A stretch of DNA of 64,000 bases from Eledone cirrhosa (taxonomy: Eukaryota): assembly GCA_964016885.1 (NCBI GenBank), contig OZ024741.1:232810001-232874000 (forward strand), given 5' to 3'. Positions 1 to 14,456 of the stretch are shown here, piece after piece. A program made the translations under genes and the position numbers. The notes beneath the pieces are model-generated. The model was given only the letters and a program-made list of their open reading frames with translations. It made no database searches and had not been told where the DNA came from. Each line of letters opens with the position of its first letter. The first letter of the stretch is position 1.

Positions 1-1610
1 GCCCATATTTCTAATAAATGCAGAGTTCAACATTTTTGCCAAGGTTATAGCAACGGGGTTGGTGGTTGTCGTTGGTGGTCTGGTAGGAGAGGCACAGACA
101 TGTGCTATTCTCAAGAGATCCGCTCACGATATTCCTTATCTCCTGCGACACATCATAGAGAGGATGGCTAAAGATCCTGGCACGGGTAGAGCACTGATAA
201 ACTTTGATAAATCGGTACCTGGCGGCGCTCTTCAAAGCAGCATGCATTGGGTCGGTTTTCAAAGGATGGATAGCTACTATGCATAGGGACATCTGCTCTG
301 TGGTCAGAGTGAACGATCACCTCTCAGAACCGTACGGTCCAACAGGGCTGTCCCCTCTCGTCCTTGTTTTATACATTGACTCTTGAGGCAGTACTATACC
401 AATTAGAGACAATAAGAGACATCCCGCATGAACTAGGACATGGAAGATCTGTGTCGGCTTATGTCGACGATGTCACAGTCGTAGTGTCGAACACCAAACA
501 CATTAAAGTGATGAGCACTTCTCTGAAGTAAGTTGCTGACAGGAGCGGAAATGAACCAGGAAAAATCCATGGTGCCTAAAACCCGTTGCATGGATGGGCA
601 AATCCATGCCATCCAACAGTGTTGTCGGACGCTGGATGGATGAGCCGGTTAAATTATTTGACATCTGGTCTGGTCCTGACTTCCAGATGGACAGATATAG
701 GGTTGAGGTGACGAACAGAGTGGCCAATATCACCCAGAAATGGGCTGAGTGAAAGCTGTCCCTGGACGGTAGGGCAGATTTGACGAACGCATTCATCACA
801 TCCGTCATCTACTACCGCTTGATCTCTGTGCCTTGTCCCAAACCCCGTCTGACTGCACTGGAGCGTTTGTTCTTCCAATTGTTGTGGAAAGGACGTGTTC
901 CAATGGTCAGCTGGTCTATATGTCAACGCGTTCCAATGGTCAGCTGGTCCATATGCTGTCAATAGCCTCTGCGTGGAGGAATGGGAATGGCGTGGAAAAT
1001 GATGCGTAGATATGCGCTGCGGCTACGACATTTCTATCTCTTCCTTAACGGTGAACAGGTGTGGGGCCGTTCAGCAGATGCATGTTCCCCCAGCTCGTTC
1101 CCTTAACGGAGTTACATTCCTAGGTCAAATGGAGACCGAGGGAGACCGCTTGGTAACTGGAATGTCTCCAGGATCTTACAGCCCTTCAACAATCGGGCAA
1201 TAAGATCGGTGGAAACACCTCTTTGACGTTCTAAAGAGGGTTATAAAAACTATAGGCATGGATGACAATCAATTAGCCACTCTTTACGGAAGGACGTTCG
1301 GTCCAGAGCCCATGGATAATTTCCTGAAATCCCTTGCATGGCATTGCTACCGAGGAGATTTGCCAGTTTCAGATAATATCTAGAAACATGGAATTGCCGT
1401 CAGCCGGGCCTGTCCGAGATGCGCACAGGACAACCAAACCTTTCTGCACTCAATCGCCCAGTGTCTTAGCATTGTTGACTTGTGGGTTTATGTCGAAAAC
1501 CTGCTGTCACATTTAAGACAAATTATGTTATCAACCGAATCCATTATGAAGATTGTCGCGCCCCCTTCTTTTAATCAAGAAGGGCACGCTGTTTTTTATG
1601 TCTTGTGGTC
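1..1610 (+). mobile_element. Degraded Tx1-clade LINE ORF2 fragment (RT to C-terminal zinc finger); runs off window start
   Basis: Frame-broken homology to ORF2 of copy A (VVGGLVGEAQTCAI; YVDDVT at the YADD position; VIYYRLISVPCPKPRLTALERL). The 3' end is cut off by the adjacent R4-like element. Confidence 0.88.
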
Positions 1611-3500
1611 GTGACGAAACTTCTCCAGCTTCCAGCGATTTTGTTTCACTGTTCAAAATGAGTGTTGTTTTCCATGTTTTCATACTGAATGACAGGAATC
1701 TCCTGACAACGGAAGATATTTTGAAAATCTCTAAACACTTTTCAATCCAGCTGTGTGGCAAACTATCGAATGTTTTTTGTAATCTATCCAAGCAATTCAT
1801 AGATTTTTGTGTCTATTATGACAATCTTCCCGTATCATTTTGTTAGTCACAAGCTTATCCTTACAGCAGTGAGCCTCGTTTACATCCTTTCTGCTCAGTG
1901 GGAAATATATCCTTTGATATCAGGTGATCATATGTATCTTCAGTTATGACATGTTAAGATTTTATACATTGTTGTCAAGCAAGGTATCGGTCTGTAATTT
2001 TTTGGATTATTTGTCCCATCATTTTTCGGAGGTAAGAATGTTAACTAGTTATGATGGTATCTTTTGTGACTCCTTATCCATATCATCGTAAAGCTGGGCT
2101 AACAGCTCATGAGACTTTGTGGAGGCATTTATCCAAAAATTAGGTATTTTGTCTTTCCCTGGGGATTTTCATTTGCTGGATTTTCTAAGAGCTACGTGTA
2201 AATGCAGATGTTCAACTGTTATATTTTCCCATGTTTGTTCCTCAAGGTGAACTGTATCTTTCATTTGTCTGTCTCTCCATGGGGCATGTATATTATGAAC
2301 TTTTTCTTCGGCCCAGATCATTTTCCAGAATTTTTGCTCTTCCTCCTTGGGTGGTATTGATTTAACAGTTATTGTTGACTTGCCAATCTTTCTGTAGAGG
2401 TTTTATTGGTTGTTTTTGAACATATTATTTTCTATATAGAATCTAGAGCGTTTTTCAAAGCGCCTTATGCGAGTAGCTTTGGCCGACACTTTTTGCTTGA
2501 TTGTTTCTATCATCACGTCTATGTCACTTGTTGATTTTGTTTTGTATTTTCTTTTCAATTATCTGAGTTTAGTTTGTTCAACATGTTCACCTACTTTGTA
2601 GTTTGCTAAAATTTCTGTCAGATCGAAAAAGGTTTATTTGGCGATTGATGTTCTCTTGCCAAGTAGGTTTTTGACAGCATTCCTTTTTTTTTTCATTTTC
2701 ACTCCACATAAGTGAGTGGTGACTTTAGTCGATGCATAGTAGAGATGATTTAGATCAGTAATGTTTAGCTTATTTATGGTGATAATGTCTTTGAGAGCTA
2801 TATGAGTCTTGCGTATTACTCTCCGGTTTTGTTTGGATTTCTGGATCTTAGGGAGAGTGTCTCGTTCCTTCATGCCAGGTTCTTTCATTTTCATCCATTC
2901 GATCATAATTTCGTTCTTCACGTTGTCGAGTTTATTCGCATTCATTTCTTATCATTGACGATCTCCTCATTGTTTTCATTTTGAGTGTCATCTTGAACAC
3001 GCACTCCTTCCATTTTTTCGATCCTTTCTTTAATTTGTTCTGCTGTCAGTGATTCTGTCCCGACCCTAGGATTTAAGGTGTTACAATTTACTTCGTTTTC
3101 ACTGATACATGTTTTATTTTCGCTTCGTTAACTTTACGCTAATTGCTTCATCTGATCAATTTCTATGTCAGTTAGTAATTTCTTCTTAACAATGTTTTTT
3201 CTTGTTTGTTACTGTCAATATAATCTTTGTTTTCAATATAATCGATGTTTCTTTTTCCAGTTGATATATGTTTGTTGTGTGTGGGGATAGATATGTCGTG
3301 TGTGGAGATAGATACATCTATTAGAAGGCTTGTTTTTCTTTGTGGCCCTTGACTATAATATCAAGTCGGTTGGCCTTAATCTCTCTTTGTGTATATATTA
3401 GCATATCCCAGAGAATGGTTACTTTGTCATTCTCTGACAATTTTTCTAGTGTGATTTTGTACCCTCATTTTTCTGTTGGTATTTCATAATGCTGGCATAA
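1611..3500 (-). mobile_element. Degraded R4/Dong-like (RLE-type) non-LTR retrotransposon, N-terminal to mid-RT portion
   Basis: Minus-strand peptides FDSLPHSWIEKCLEIFKI, KSPGKDKIPNFW, RRFEKRSRFYIENNMFKNNQ and ITDLNHLYYAST resemble R4-clade ORFs; many stops and frameshifts; upper boundary approximate. Confidence 0.72.
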
Positions 3501-3739
3501 TTTCAAGTGTATGAAGGTCCCAACTCTATCATGCCTGTGGAATATATATATTTTTTTTCTTTTTGGCTAGAACTGGGCATCCAGTTGACTATATGGTTGA
3601 TTGTCTCTTTCCGAACCCCACATATTCTACAATTACTTATTGTGCTTTGTTTCATTATGTACATCTGGTAGTTTCTGGTAGGTAGGCTTTAGTCTTGTGC
3701 TGGAATTAGAAATCCTCTCGTCTCAGCTTTTAGTCCAGT

Positions 3740-4950
3740 GCTTCGGGGTATCGTTATTATTTTTATATATGACACACGAGTCAACCAGAGAATTCATTCT
3801 GTGTTTGAGGCCTTTGACATCTCGGACCAAACTCCCGAAAGTTTAAGAAGGCGGTCTTATTTACACACCAAAATCTGTAAGAATTTTCTTTGCACGATTG
3901 GCCTATTGAAACCCTTATTTGAACCAAGAGGGCGTCCTGCTCCTGTAGCCACATCTAGCGGCCTTCAGCCGCAGCTTTGAACAACCGGATCAATTCAAAC
4001 AGTCTCCACTCTGTTACAAATCTTCACTTGGCTCAGTGAGTTCTTTGGATTTGGATGCAATAGTGTTCGTATACCTGAACCAAGCTTTCTTATCCACAAC
4101 GCTTTCCACTTTATCCTGTAGGTGTATCTTGAACTGACAGATTTGTGGGTTGCCTTAGCAACCCACGAATCAGACAGGTCTCATTTTGTGATATCTGGAT
4201 CATAACCAGTTGACAGAGCAGCACCTCTCATAACACGAACATCCAACACAGAATCGAAGTCATCAGAGACAAAACAAAATCAATTATTGATCTCTGTCCC
4301 TGATTTCTTACATACCATGTATATTTATGGATGTCTTTTTCCCGGAATTAAGTGTTCATGGAATGTTCATTATTCGAACAGAAGTCTAATAAGGGCTCTC
4401 GATTCGTATTTAGATCGGGATCACCGTTCCTTCCAATCACTCATTTACCTGCCACGTGGTCAGTGTCAACATGTACAATGAAGTCTCCCATTAGGATATA
4501 TGATTCAGTCTTAACTACATCTAACGATGTAGGAAATTCATTAAGGAAGGATTTGTATTCGAACTCAATGTTTGGTGCATAAATTGCATCAATCACTGAG
4601 ACCTATCTCTCAGCGTAGGCTTCAAAATCTAATACTCCCTCCTGATGGGTGCAGTTCATAATACAGTCTATTAGATGGGGGCTTGTGGGTATCTCCACTG
4701 CCACATGTTCAGTTCTATATAGCGCCAAATATGAATAACGGATTTTCCATTCTCCATCCAAATCTACACTACCAGAGCCACTGGACTTTTATAAGTAAAC
4801 TCCGACAATAACTACCCGGTAGTATCTAGCTTACCCAACTCGTTTCTGTTCCTTACCTGTAGAGGTTGCAATGTTCCAGGTTCCAATTATCAAGTATTTC
4901 TCCCTTCCGATCCCAATTTGGGGTCTCGGGACACGCAATCTTTGTGTTTC
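3740..4950 (-). mobile_element. Degraded RTE-clade (Rex3/Expander-like) LINE, APE endonuclease region
   Basis: Minus-strand motifs LIIGTWNIAT..GKE, IYAPN, YILMGDF, QRSIIDFV and VLDVRVMRGAALST occur in the expected order. Confidence 0.78.
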
Positions 4951-5447
4951 CATTCCACGCCACCCAAGACAGATCGCAATCCCGTCACCAGTCGTTACAG
5001 CATGAGATGGGAATTGGTGTGTACATTACGAACAAGCACCTCTACATGACACTTGAACGTGTCCCTTGATATTCCGCGCAAAGAACGATGCAGTATGATC
5101 GCCTTTGTTGCGTCTAGCCATATTACAGTGTATTTTGGTTGCATTATTCATGTCAGTCACCAATTGGGTACTTTTCCTAGACATTCGAGAAATATAATCT
5201 CAGTTAATATATAATCGCAGAAAAAAGGAATATTTTCAACCTACTATATGACATATGGTGTCGCAGTTATGTGTATTTATTAAAATGTCTAATTTGGCTT
5301 TGGCATATAATTTGTCCATCACACTCCGTCTAACATATCCCACTAACATTTTCGTCTTTTTCTCTCCTCATTATTGCCAATAGCATAAGTATCATCATAA
5401 TATTTTAATATCGAAATGGAAATATGTCATCAAATTATATTTTTCAG

Positions 5448-5597
5448 CTAATTGTCCCAAGTATATAGATTGGTTCGGAAGTGAACAAAAGTTTCAATGT
5501 CACTGTTTAAACATCGAAGACTGTAAATTTAAAGAAGAAGGTCGATGTACAACTGACCGTTGTGAGGATGGCTATGATGGTCCAACATGTCAAATAC
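5448..5597 (+). CDS. Host gene internal exon a: EGF-like (MEGF/laminin-EGF-type) module
   Basis: ttttcag|...|gtaagt; 150 nt; phase 1-1; translates NCPKYIDWFGSEQKFQCHCLNIEDCKFKEEGRCTTDRCEDGYDGPTCQI. Confidence 0.85.
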
Positions 5598-5682
5598 GTA
5601 AGTCAAATATTTTCAAATTCATATTAATGTGCCTTTATCGTGTGCCGGTTTTTCCTAGCTGCAAGAGTGCCATTATTAATGA

Positions 5683-5940
5683 TTTTGCCTTTCATCCTTA
5701 CGGGGTCGATAAAATAAAGTACCAGTAATGCATTGGGTAATTGCTGGCCTTGTGCCTAACGTAGAAACAACTATTAATGATTTCCATGCTTTGACGCATA
5801 GAGTTACGGCCCTTGCCATTCTGAGTTCAAATCCCGCCGAGGTTAACTTTGCCTTTCCTCCTTACGGGGTCGATAAAATAAAGTACCAGTAATGCACTGA
5901 GTAATTGCTGGACTTGTGCCAAAAGTAGAAACAATTATTA
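5683..5940 (+). mobile_element. Two tandem 5'-truncated tRNA-derived SINE copies
   Basis: Both match the 60442 SINE body (ctttcatccttacggggtcgataaaataaagtaccag...gtagaaacaa); tattaatgattt is repeated at all three junctions. Confidence 0.9.
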
Positions 5941-6199
5941 ATGATTTCCGCTTAATCAGTGGCCCTTTACTTTATGCTAGTGTACAATTCTAACGCTTAT
6001 GTTTATGTCACATTTGTACAAAGATTTGAAGCCGATTTATAGATTATGCTACAGGATCCACTCTATCCAAGTCCAGTACCTTATATATCTATTTATTTAC
6101 GTATGTAGACGTTTTAATGTAAAGAACAGGTCAGGTCAAGAATTTGGGTACATTTCCATTGATTTATTAAAAGATGCATAAGTCATGAGAGAAGAACTT

Positions 6200-7400
6200 T
6201 TTTAGAGAAGAAATTGGCATGAATAATCTTTATACACGTTTTGACGCATCTACTCGATTGTGTCTGCCGTTAGCAGCGATGCCCGCTTCAATACGAAGTA
6301 AGAACATTTGACATGTACGAATCAACTGATCTTTATTTATTTTAGATATTGTGCCAGTTATGCGGACTTCAGAGATGTTATAGCATTAATTGACTTCCCA
6401 CTCGACTGCACCCCATATGCCCAACCAATTCAGGTCTGGAGAGTTAGGAAATCATTGTTGTGGAGTTATGTGATCGGGGTGAATGTAACACATCCATTAT
6501 TTGTTCGCCTTGGCCTTATGAGACGGCGCAAAATATTGTTGGGAGGTATACAATCCATTTTTGCACACTCTCTATATCTAAGGCCTCACATCCTTTCCAC
6601 CATTTCATTTTAGTCAGTTGGTTTCCCATTAAAAACGAGGGAAGCAGTGAAGAAGCATGACTTCTCCCTCGTTGCTTACACCTGCCAGAACCATCATAGA
6701 TGTCAGAAGTGTCGTGTGCATGACTATCGGACTACGTTCAGTCACTCAAAAAACATACATCATTCCCGTGTTTGACTTTTTGGTCCCGATCAAAGTTTTC
6801 TCATCACAGAAAGAAACAAATCATTCCAGGCTCCTGGTGTTTTAGCCTGCTCAAAAAGCACTTTGTATGAATCAGGGGAATATTTTATTTTTGTAAACAT
6901 GCACTGGACGCTCTGCATCAAATACGACAAACATCGAAGTTCTTCATACACAAATACTCTGGATGTGTACGCTGAAGTCCTGAGCTACTTAGCAATATCT
7001 CTAATTGATTTTCTGGGGATCTTATCGATAATCTTCTGCTCCTGCTGTACACAGTTTGTGTTCTGATGATATTAGAACTCTTAGCAGGCCTTTTACGTTT
7101 GGCTACTACAGCTGAATTCATGTTAGCGTCTTCCAGCTTCTTGCAAAACTTTACGACAAACGATCATGCAACGTTAAAGCCTCTATTCCCAGCCTTTAGA
7201 GCAAATATTACAGAGTGCACTTTCATTTGTCGAGTTAGAGTTATTTCTGACACCATTATCTGTAAAATAAAATAATAATCAGGGAAAGATAGGAAATTGT
7301 TAGAGCTATCAAAAGATATGTCTTCAAAGACCTGAACAACGTTGTTTGTGTACATCAGTTACAATCGGTATTTGGAATAGAATAGTTGTTCGATCAAGAC
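6200..7400 (-). mobile_element. Degraded Tc1/mariner-superfamily (maT/DD37D-like) DNA transposon
   Basis: Minus-strand remnants MKVHSVIFALKAG, a FFSDEKNF-like segment, QQYFAPSHKAK, PNSPDLN and LIRTCQMFLLRIEAGIAANG follow DDD transposase order. TIRs not resolved. Confidence 0.72.
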
Positions 7401-7504
7401 AGAGGCCTGCTCATAACATTACCGTATAAGTGATTGAGTATGCCATAAACGTATCTATAATTAACCTACATCCAAGAGATATTCATCGTGACACACTATA
7501 TGGC

Positions 7505-10500
7505 AATGGTGTCTATGCCTGTAGAGTTTATCCCGAACTGGCAAATCTCCCCGGTAGCACTGAGGGGCCAATGATTTCTGGATGTTGTCCATGGGTCCCG
7601 ACCCGAAATTCTCCCGAAGCGATTGGCTAGTTGATTTTCGTCGACGCCCAGAGTCTCCCCAAGGACGTCGTAACTCTTTCCCTCTACTAACCCTCTATAG
7701 AACGCCAAGGGGGAGTTTCCAGTGATCGCATCCCACGATTGGTCGAGGGCTGTAAGCGCCTGAATACATTCCTATTTCCAAGCGCTCCCTCTCGGTCCTC
7801 GCTTGATCCAGGACTGCAGCTCCGTCAAGGAGAGGAGCTGCGGAAAACACGTCTAGCAAACGGAGACCACACCTGATCACCGTCGAGAAGGTGGTGGAGA
7901 CACCGTAGCCCGAGCGCATGTTTGCGTATCATCAGCCATGGCATGCCCAGCCCTCCTCGTACCGGGTATTAACAGCAAATAGACCGCCTCACCATCGGAG
8001 CTCGTCCCTTCCACAAAAAGCGAAAGAGCAAACGCTCCAACGCAGTCAGGCGAAGCTTAGGCAGGCACGATGGTCAAGCGGTAGTAGATGACGGACGCGA
8101 TGTACATGTTCGCCACAATCGAGCTTGACCTTTCATGGATAGCTTCCCTCGGCCCATTTCTGGGTGAAAGAGGCCACCCTTCTCGTCACCTCGTCCCACC
8201 TTTTGTCCGCCCGGAGGTCCAGACCGAACCAGACCCCTAGCAATTTAACCGATCCCTCCGTCCAGCGCCCGCCGACGCTGATAAACGTCATGGACCTGCC
8301 TCTCCATGTGTTGAGCCGCAGGCCCACCAACTTTTCCTAGTTAATCATTGCTCCTGTCTCCGCCTCATATTCTCTTAGTGTAGTGCCGATCGTGTCGGGG
8401 TGTTTGGCATTTGACTTAACTACGGTGACGTCGTCGGTATATGCTGACACAGTTCTACCGCATCGTAGTTCGAGCGCGACACCCCTCAATGCCTCCAGTT
8501 TGTGCAATAATGGCTCGAGAATCAATACGTACAAGAGCGATGAAAAGGGACATTATTGGTGGACCGAACAGATGATGTTGAACGGTTCCGAAAGGTAACC
8601 CCAGAGCAGATAATGCTGTGCATGGCAGCGACCCAGCCTCTGAAGTCGGGCCCAAAACCGGCCGCCTTCAGGACCGCCGCCAGATAACGATGGTCAACCC
8701 TATCAAAATCTTTCGACTGATCTGAATTTATCAAGGCCCCTCACATGCCAGATTCGTTAGCTTCCCTCTCCATGATGTATCGCATGAGGTGGAGGTTGTC
8801 GTGGATGGATCTGTCTGGAAAGGCGCATGTCTGCACCTCTCCCACGAGACCACCAACGACAAGCATCAATATCTTTGCTAGAAGTTTGGCCAAAATCTTG
8901 AACACCGGGTTTTGCAGAGTCATGGGCGTAAAACTATATATGTTATCTCCCAGTTTGGGTCCTTTCTCAGCAGCCCTATCGCTCCTCAACTGACAAAGCT
9001 GGGAATTCCCCGGTTCTACTGCCAGCTGCAGTAGACGTCCGCCAGGAGGTTGTCAAATAAGTCTGGCATGGGTACGTAAAGTTCGTAGGGCAGACCATCC
9101 AAACCAGGCAATTTACCCATTGTGCCGCCAGTCATTGCCTCCCGTAATTCAGCGGCTGTTATTGCCTTTTCGCTACACTCTGTCTCAATTACCGAGAGCC
9201 GCGGCAGTCCGTCGAGGTAGACACTAAAGTCCATCCTGCGGTCCGACCCACTGCTGCCCCCAAACATCTGAGCGAAGTGTCGCTGAAAAGCGGCACATAT
9301 TTCCTCGGGATCGAGTAACATGCGCCCGTGGAGCTCCTCCAAAGACCGGATCTTGGCTTTGTTGCCACGCCGCGCTTCCGCAATTCGTCCCCTCGTGTAT
9401 ATAGAGCACGTGCCCTATCTCTCACAACGCAGCCTTCGTGCTTTGCATTGAAGAATTGGTCGAGGGCCAATTTCGCCGCGAGCACGTCGGTTGCGATGCC
9501 TTTACCAAGCGTCTCGTTTAATTTTCTAACTAGTTCTTCCTCTGCTATATTTTCTCTATTGCTAACTCTGCTATATTTTCTCTATTGCTAACGCTTTATT
9601 AAACCTAATGGACTCTATTCTAATTGCTCTTCCCATACATTAGCAGCAGTGGACTAAGATGTAAAGTGCGAGACGTTCCCAGAAAGGCTTCCTTGTTCCT
9701 AAAGGGATCCGGTTGTGCGGCACCGGTCGGGGCGCTGGCAACACATTCGCTATTGCTCACGTCCAACACCTCAATGTTACCATCCGTTTCCAGGAAGATC
9801 AACCTTTTCGAGATCCAGGCCTTGTTTAAACAGCACTGCCATCCAAACTCCCATTTCCGTTTGAGATGCGAAGAGATGCGAAGATGTGATAGTCAACGAT
9901 AATCGGGGCTAGTGCGCGCGTATCAGAATTCCTGGTCTCGCTGACGGTAGCTTCATCCATATCTAGTCACCGGAAGTCGTTCAGTAAATGACCCTGCTTT
10001 CCATGACAATCCTAGTCCACGAACATTTAAACATCTCACTCTTAAGATGGCCATTTTGGCAGGCTAATATAGAAAGGAAAGGTCTGCGTACCTCGCTGGG
10101 GCTTGTTGAGGTCGTGTGGTTCGACCTCCATGAAGAGTGTCGTTTCTTTTCGCCGACTCAAAGCTTCTCTGACTTGTGTTCTCCACGTCATTGGGCAAGC
10201 TCTCTCTCTATTTCTTTTATATATGTTTAATGTCATCTGAACCACCAGCAGTGTTTTAGACACTTTGACGGTGCAGGGGTTAAAAATCTGGCCCACTTTC
10301 TCAATATCTTGACTTTGCGCTACAAGGGCATACATGTTTTGTTGAGCCTGTTTAGTAGTACAAAGTTGGGTGTTTCTGTTTCTGTTGATGTTAATGCCTG
10401 AATGTATTTCCTTTTGTGAGGCATAAGTAGAGATTGTGTGTGTGTTATTGGTGATGGTTGTGTTTTTGTTGACAGTTGTGGTGTTGGTTTTGTTGTAGGT

Positions 10501-12020
10501 ATGTCTATGTTTGCTGTTCGTATGTTTTGTGTACTTGTAGGTGTGTGTGAAAGTGTATTTTTATTTTTGTGTTTGCGTTTTACTTTTTGTATTTTGGGGT
10601 TCCTCCTCATCTTCAGTTGTGGATGAGGAAGGATTACAGCCTAGTGATTCTGTGCGTGAAGGGAGTGGGAATGTGCTTATGGCTGTGTGAGTGTTGGTTT
10701 GGGTGTGTGTATGTTTGAAAGAGGCGGAGAGAAAGTGAGAGCTTCTTTGGGCGACTTCCTACGTGGTTTTGGTGGTCCTTGTTGGGTTTCTTGTTGCTGT
10801 TGCTGTTGTAAGACATGGTGTTGTTAATTTTGGGGTCACTGCTACTGGAACTGGCATTGCTGGTAGTTAGGCTTTTTGTCCTGGCACTGGAATTTCTAGC
10901 AGAGTTGGGTTACGCACCTTTGAATTTTTGTACAGAATGTAAATGTGTTGTTTCGCCACAAACGAAACAATGCGGCCTTTTGTCCTCAATGGCCACCTGT
11001 ATCGCAGTCCCGACTTGGAGGCGAATGAGATGCACGTTTTGAATTATAGAAGGATATCCAAATCCACCCTGGTGCAGTCCTCCCTGTCAGTTTTGATGAC
11101 ATCGATGACGATTCCATCGGTACGCTCCTCGATTACACAATCCAGGAGCCACCACAATACCAGTCCTGGTGGGATCCTGTGAATATGGATTCTTACTGTC
11201 ATCCTGCCCATGTGGGACATGTGCATCACAAGTAGTCCGTCCGGCAGAGGGTCACTGAATTCTTTATAGCAGGCACCTAAGATTTAAACAGCAGCTGGAT
11301 GCTACCAAATTGTTTGTCCGTTTCTATATACGCTATATACTCCCGGATGCATTTCAGTGCAGCTTCTACCTCAACTTGTGTAGCTTGTACCACTTACCAT
11401 GTCCGCACCAAATTGCTCCTAAATATAATGGTCCTTCGTGGCATTGCCTCCATCGCTTCGGCCGGGACGGTTAGGTTGATCCAGGTTTTGTCACGTTTGA
11501 TCAGCTTCCATGCCTTGGTCAAAGGTTGCTCTTTTTCTGTCAGGTCCATGTGAAAATATGGCCTATTGCTAGCTTCCACAGCAGCGAATGTGTTCTTCTT
11601 GTTGCTGCTGTTGATGGTGTTGGTGGTGCCATTGTTCTTTATTTTTTGTGCACGTTATTTTTGTTGTTGTATTTGTTGTTGTTGTAGATGTTTTTGCTCT
11701 GGTTGTTGCTGTTACTGTTACTCTTATTATTGTTTTTGCTATTGTGATTTGATTTACTTATTTTCCCGTATAAAACGGGATTTGATTTGGTTATTTTCCA
11801 TGTCGTCTGTGGATAGACTGCCAACGTTCAACCTCCTCTCTGCCTCTCTCTCCCTCTCTCTCTCAATATATATAATCAGTTTCGGAGACAAATTACGATG
11901 CTTCCATGATTGTTTTTTTAGTAAAAAATGGCGATAATTGAACACAACTAATACTATGAAAACTATGACAACAAAAACAAAAACCAACCACAATAAAAGA
12001 AGCAACAATTATAACAACAA
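7505..12020 (-). mobile_element. Old Tx1-clade LINE (ORF1 + ORF2), 3' end missing, internal deletions
   Basis: ORF2 ATG at ~10054 (MAILRVRCLNVRGLG); RT pieces (YTDDVT, PGLDGLPYELY); ORF1 knuckle remnant CFVCGETTHL near 10950; low-complexity 5' region. Confidence 0.88.
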
Positions 12021-12099
12021 AGTGCCAGCCAAAGAATGTTCATTGCAAGAGTTTCTATTTCATCTCTTAAATGCTACGGGTGAAATAGGTTTGATGTGG

Positions 12100-12290
12100 G
12101 GGCGGATGGCCGGAAGATCCTTTGGTTAAATCAAGAGGTCAAAGATGTCATCCGTGCAAAGCTTGGCTTGAAAATAAATCCTTATTCTTGCACTTCGGGT
12201 ACAGTAATGGCTTCCAAATACAATAAAGCCGTCCAAAGTTAAGACATGGGAGGACTTTGGGGTGAAGCTGGAAGTTGCCCTTAGATCAGA
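12100..12290 (+). mobile_element. Short RTE-like LINE linker fragment
   Basis: WLNQEVKDVIRAK and SKVKTWEDFGVKLE resemble the APE-RT linker of Rex3/Expander elements. Confidence 0.5.
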
Positions 12291-12329
12291 TACAGTAACA
12301 GGAGACGAGAACGTAACAATTCTCCTGTT

Positions 12330-12835
12330 AATACTGACAAAGCAAACGAGGCCAACAGATCTGATTTAATTGTGAAGGACCATGAATTGAAAATGTTTCT
12401 TAAGTGACATGATCAATCCAGCAGATCGTAACACCTTCTCGAAAGAGCTCGGAAAGATCAGTAAGTATAAAGATCTATTAATTGAAATTGAGAAAATGTG
12501 GCATCTCAAGGGCTGTACAATAACAGTGATAGTCAGCGCACTTGGAACGATATAAGACAGTACTGAAAATGTTTTGGACCGGATGTCTGGAAAGCCATCA
12601 CTACAAGAGACACAGAAAATAGTGCTGACTGGTACTCCCGATACCCTAAAAAGGGCACTCTCAATTTAAAAACGTTGCAAGGACATTTACTGTTGTTCGT
12701 GCCCATGTGGCATCATTTGTGTGACAGTTGATTGTAAAATGTGTGTATTATCAAATTTTATGTCAGGTGGCATGTTGACACAAGGCATGATTTGGAAAGA
12801 AGCAGCACTCAAAGGAAGTTTCAAATCATAATGAT
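12330..12835 (+). mobile_element. 3' end of an RLE-type (R4/Dong-like) LINE
   Basis: NRSDLIV...KELGKISKYKDLLIEIEKMWHLKGCTITVIVSALGTI matches the restriction-like endonuclease C-terminus; followed by a 3' UTR. Confidence 0.75.
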
Positions 12836-13082
12836 TATATATATATACCTATATCTATATCTATCTATCTATCTGTATATATATTTTCCACATTTTGTTA
12901 TTGTTTTGTTTAATATGCGCTGTAATACATGTCGTATCTTCATCTTTCGCTCGCCTGTTAAATCTGGCAAGTTGTGAAATTGACCAGTTACACACGTGGC
13001 TGGTCGAAATATCTAGAATTCGAATTCTAACCAACGTAGGGTCCTGACTCTTTTCCTATATATATTTATATATATATATATA

Positions 13083-13215
13083 AAGAACCAAATAAATATA
13101 TATATTTTTAAAAAAATAAGACTTCAGTTGCATTTTCGATTTCATCCCTTTTTCTTTATACTTCCACTCGTGTAGGACACCTCGGTTATTTTTCATTTTG
13201 TAAAAAAAACCTCAC

Positions 13216-13225
<10 letters not shown>
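13083..13225 (+). repeat. ~140-bp direct repeat, second copy at ~15682-15817
   Basis: aaccaaataaatatata...cagttgcattttcgatttcat...ggacacctcggttatttttcattttgtaaaaaaaacctcactttctaata occurs at both sites, each next to (TA)n. Confidence 0.85.
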
Positions 13226-13277
<52 letters not shown>

Positions 13278-13283
<6 letters not shown>

Positions 13284-13369
13284 TGAAAAAACGAAAAATC
13301 AGTGATGCATCTGGACTCGCAATAAACTGAGTCCAGATGCATCACTGATTTTTCGTTCTTTTATACTAT
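13278..13369. repeat. Near-perfect inverted repeat (~41-bp arms, 10-nt loop) next to (TA)n
   Basis: aacgaaaaatcagtgatgcatctggactc / gagtccagatgcatcactgatttttcgtt. Confidence 0.9.
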
Positions 13370-13450
13370 CTACAGTCTGCTATGTATGAATATTGAGTGG
13401 TAATTTTGGCATACCGCCTATGGAAGCACCATAGCTACCATTATACACAC

Positions 13451-14065
<615 letters not shown>

Positions 14066-14271
14066 TGAGTATATATATCCTGCTGTATGGGTATATATGT
14101 CAGTGCATACATGTAAATAATTTTATTTATAAAAGTATTTATATAAGGAACTTTAGACAGACCGACACCGGTAAAACAATTATATTTGAACTGGAAATGG
14201 AATGACCTATTTGAAATTCCTCAACCATATAAAATGATATTTTTCTAGATACTTGTCATATGATATAGATT

Positions 14272-14456
14272 TGGGGATTGGCAGTATCGGTAGAGGGTCG
14301 GACGCCATGCTTTCCAGCATAGTTACGTCCCTTTACGATCTGAGTTCAAATCCCGCCGAGGTTGACTTTGCCTTTCATCCTTACGGGGTCGATAAAATAA
14401 TGTACCAGTAATGCACTGGGTATTTCCTGGCCTTGTGCCTAAAGTAGAAACAATTA
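14272..14456 (+). mobile_element. Near full-length tRNA-derived SINE
   Basis: A-box tggcagtatcgg, B-box gagttcaaatcc, and the same body and 3' end as the 60442 copy. Confidence 0.92.

Noticed and set aside
896-962. 33-bp tandem duplication in a Tx1 remnant (similar 26-bp duplication at ~9541-9591)
   Set aside because: Ordinary post-insertion slippage in dead elements.
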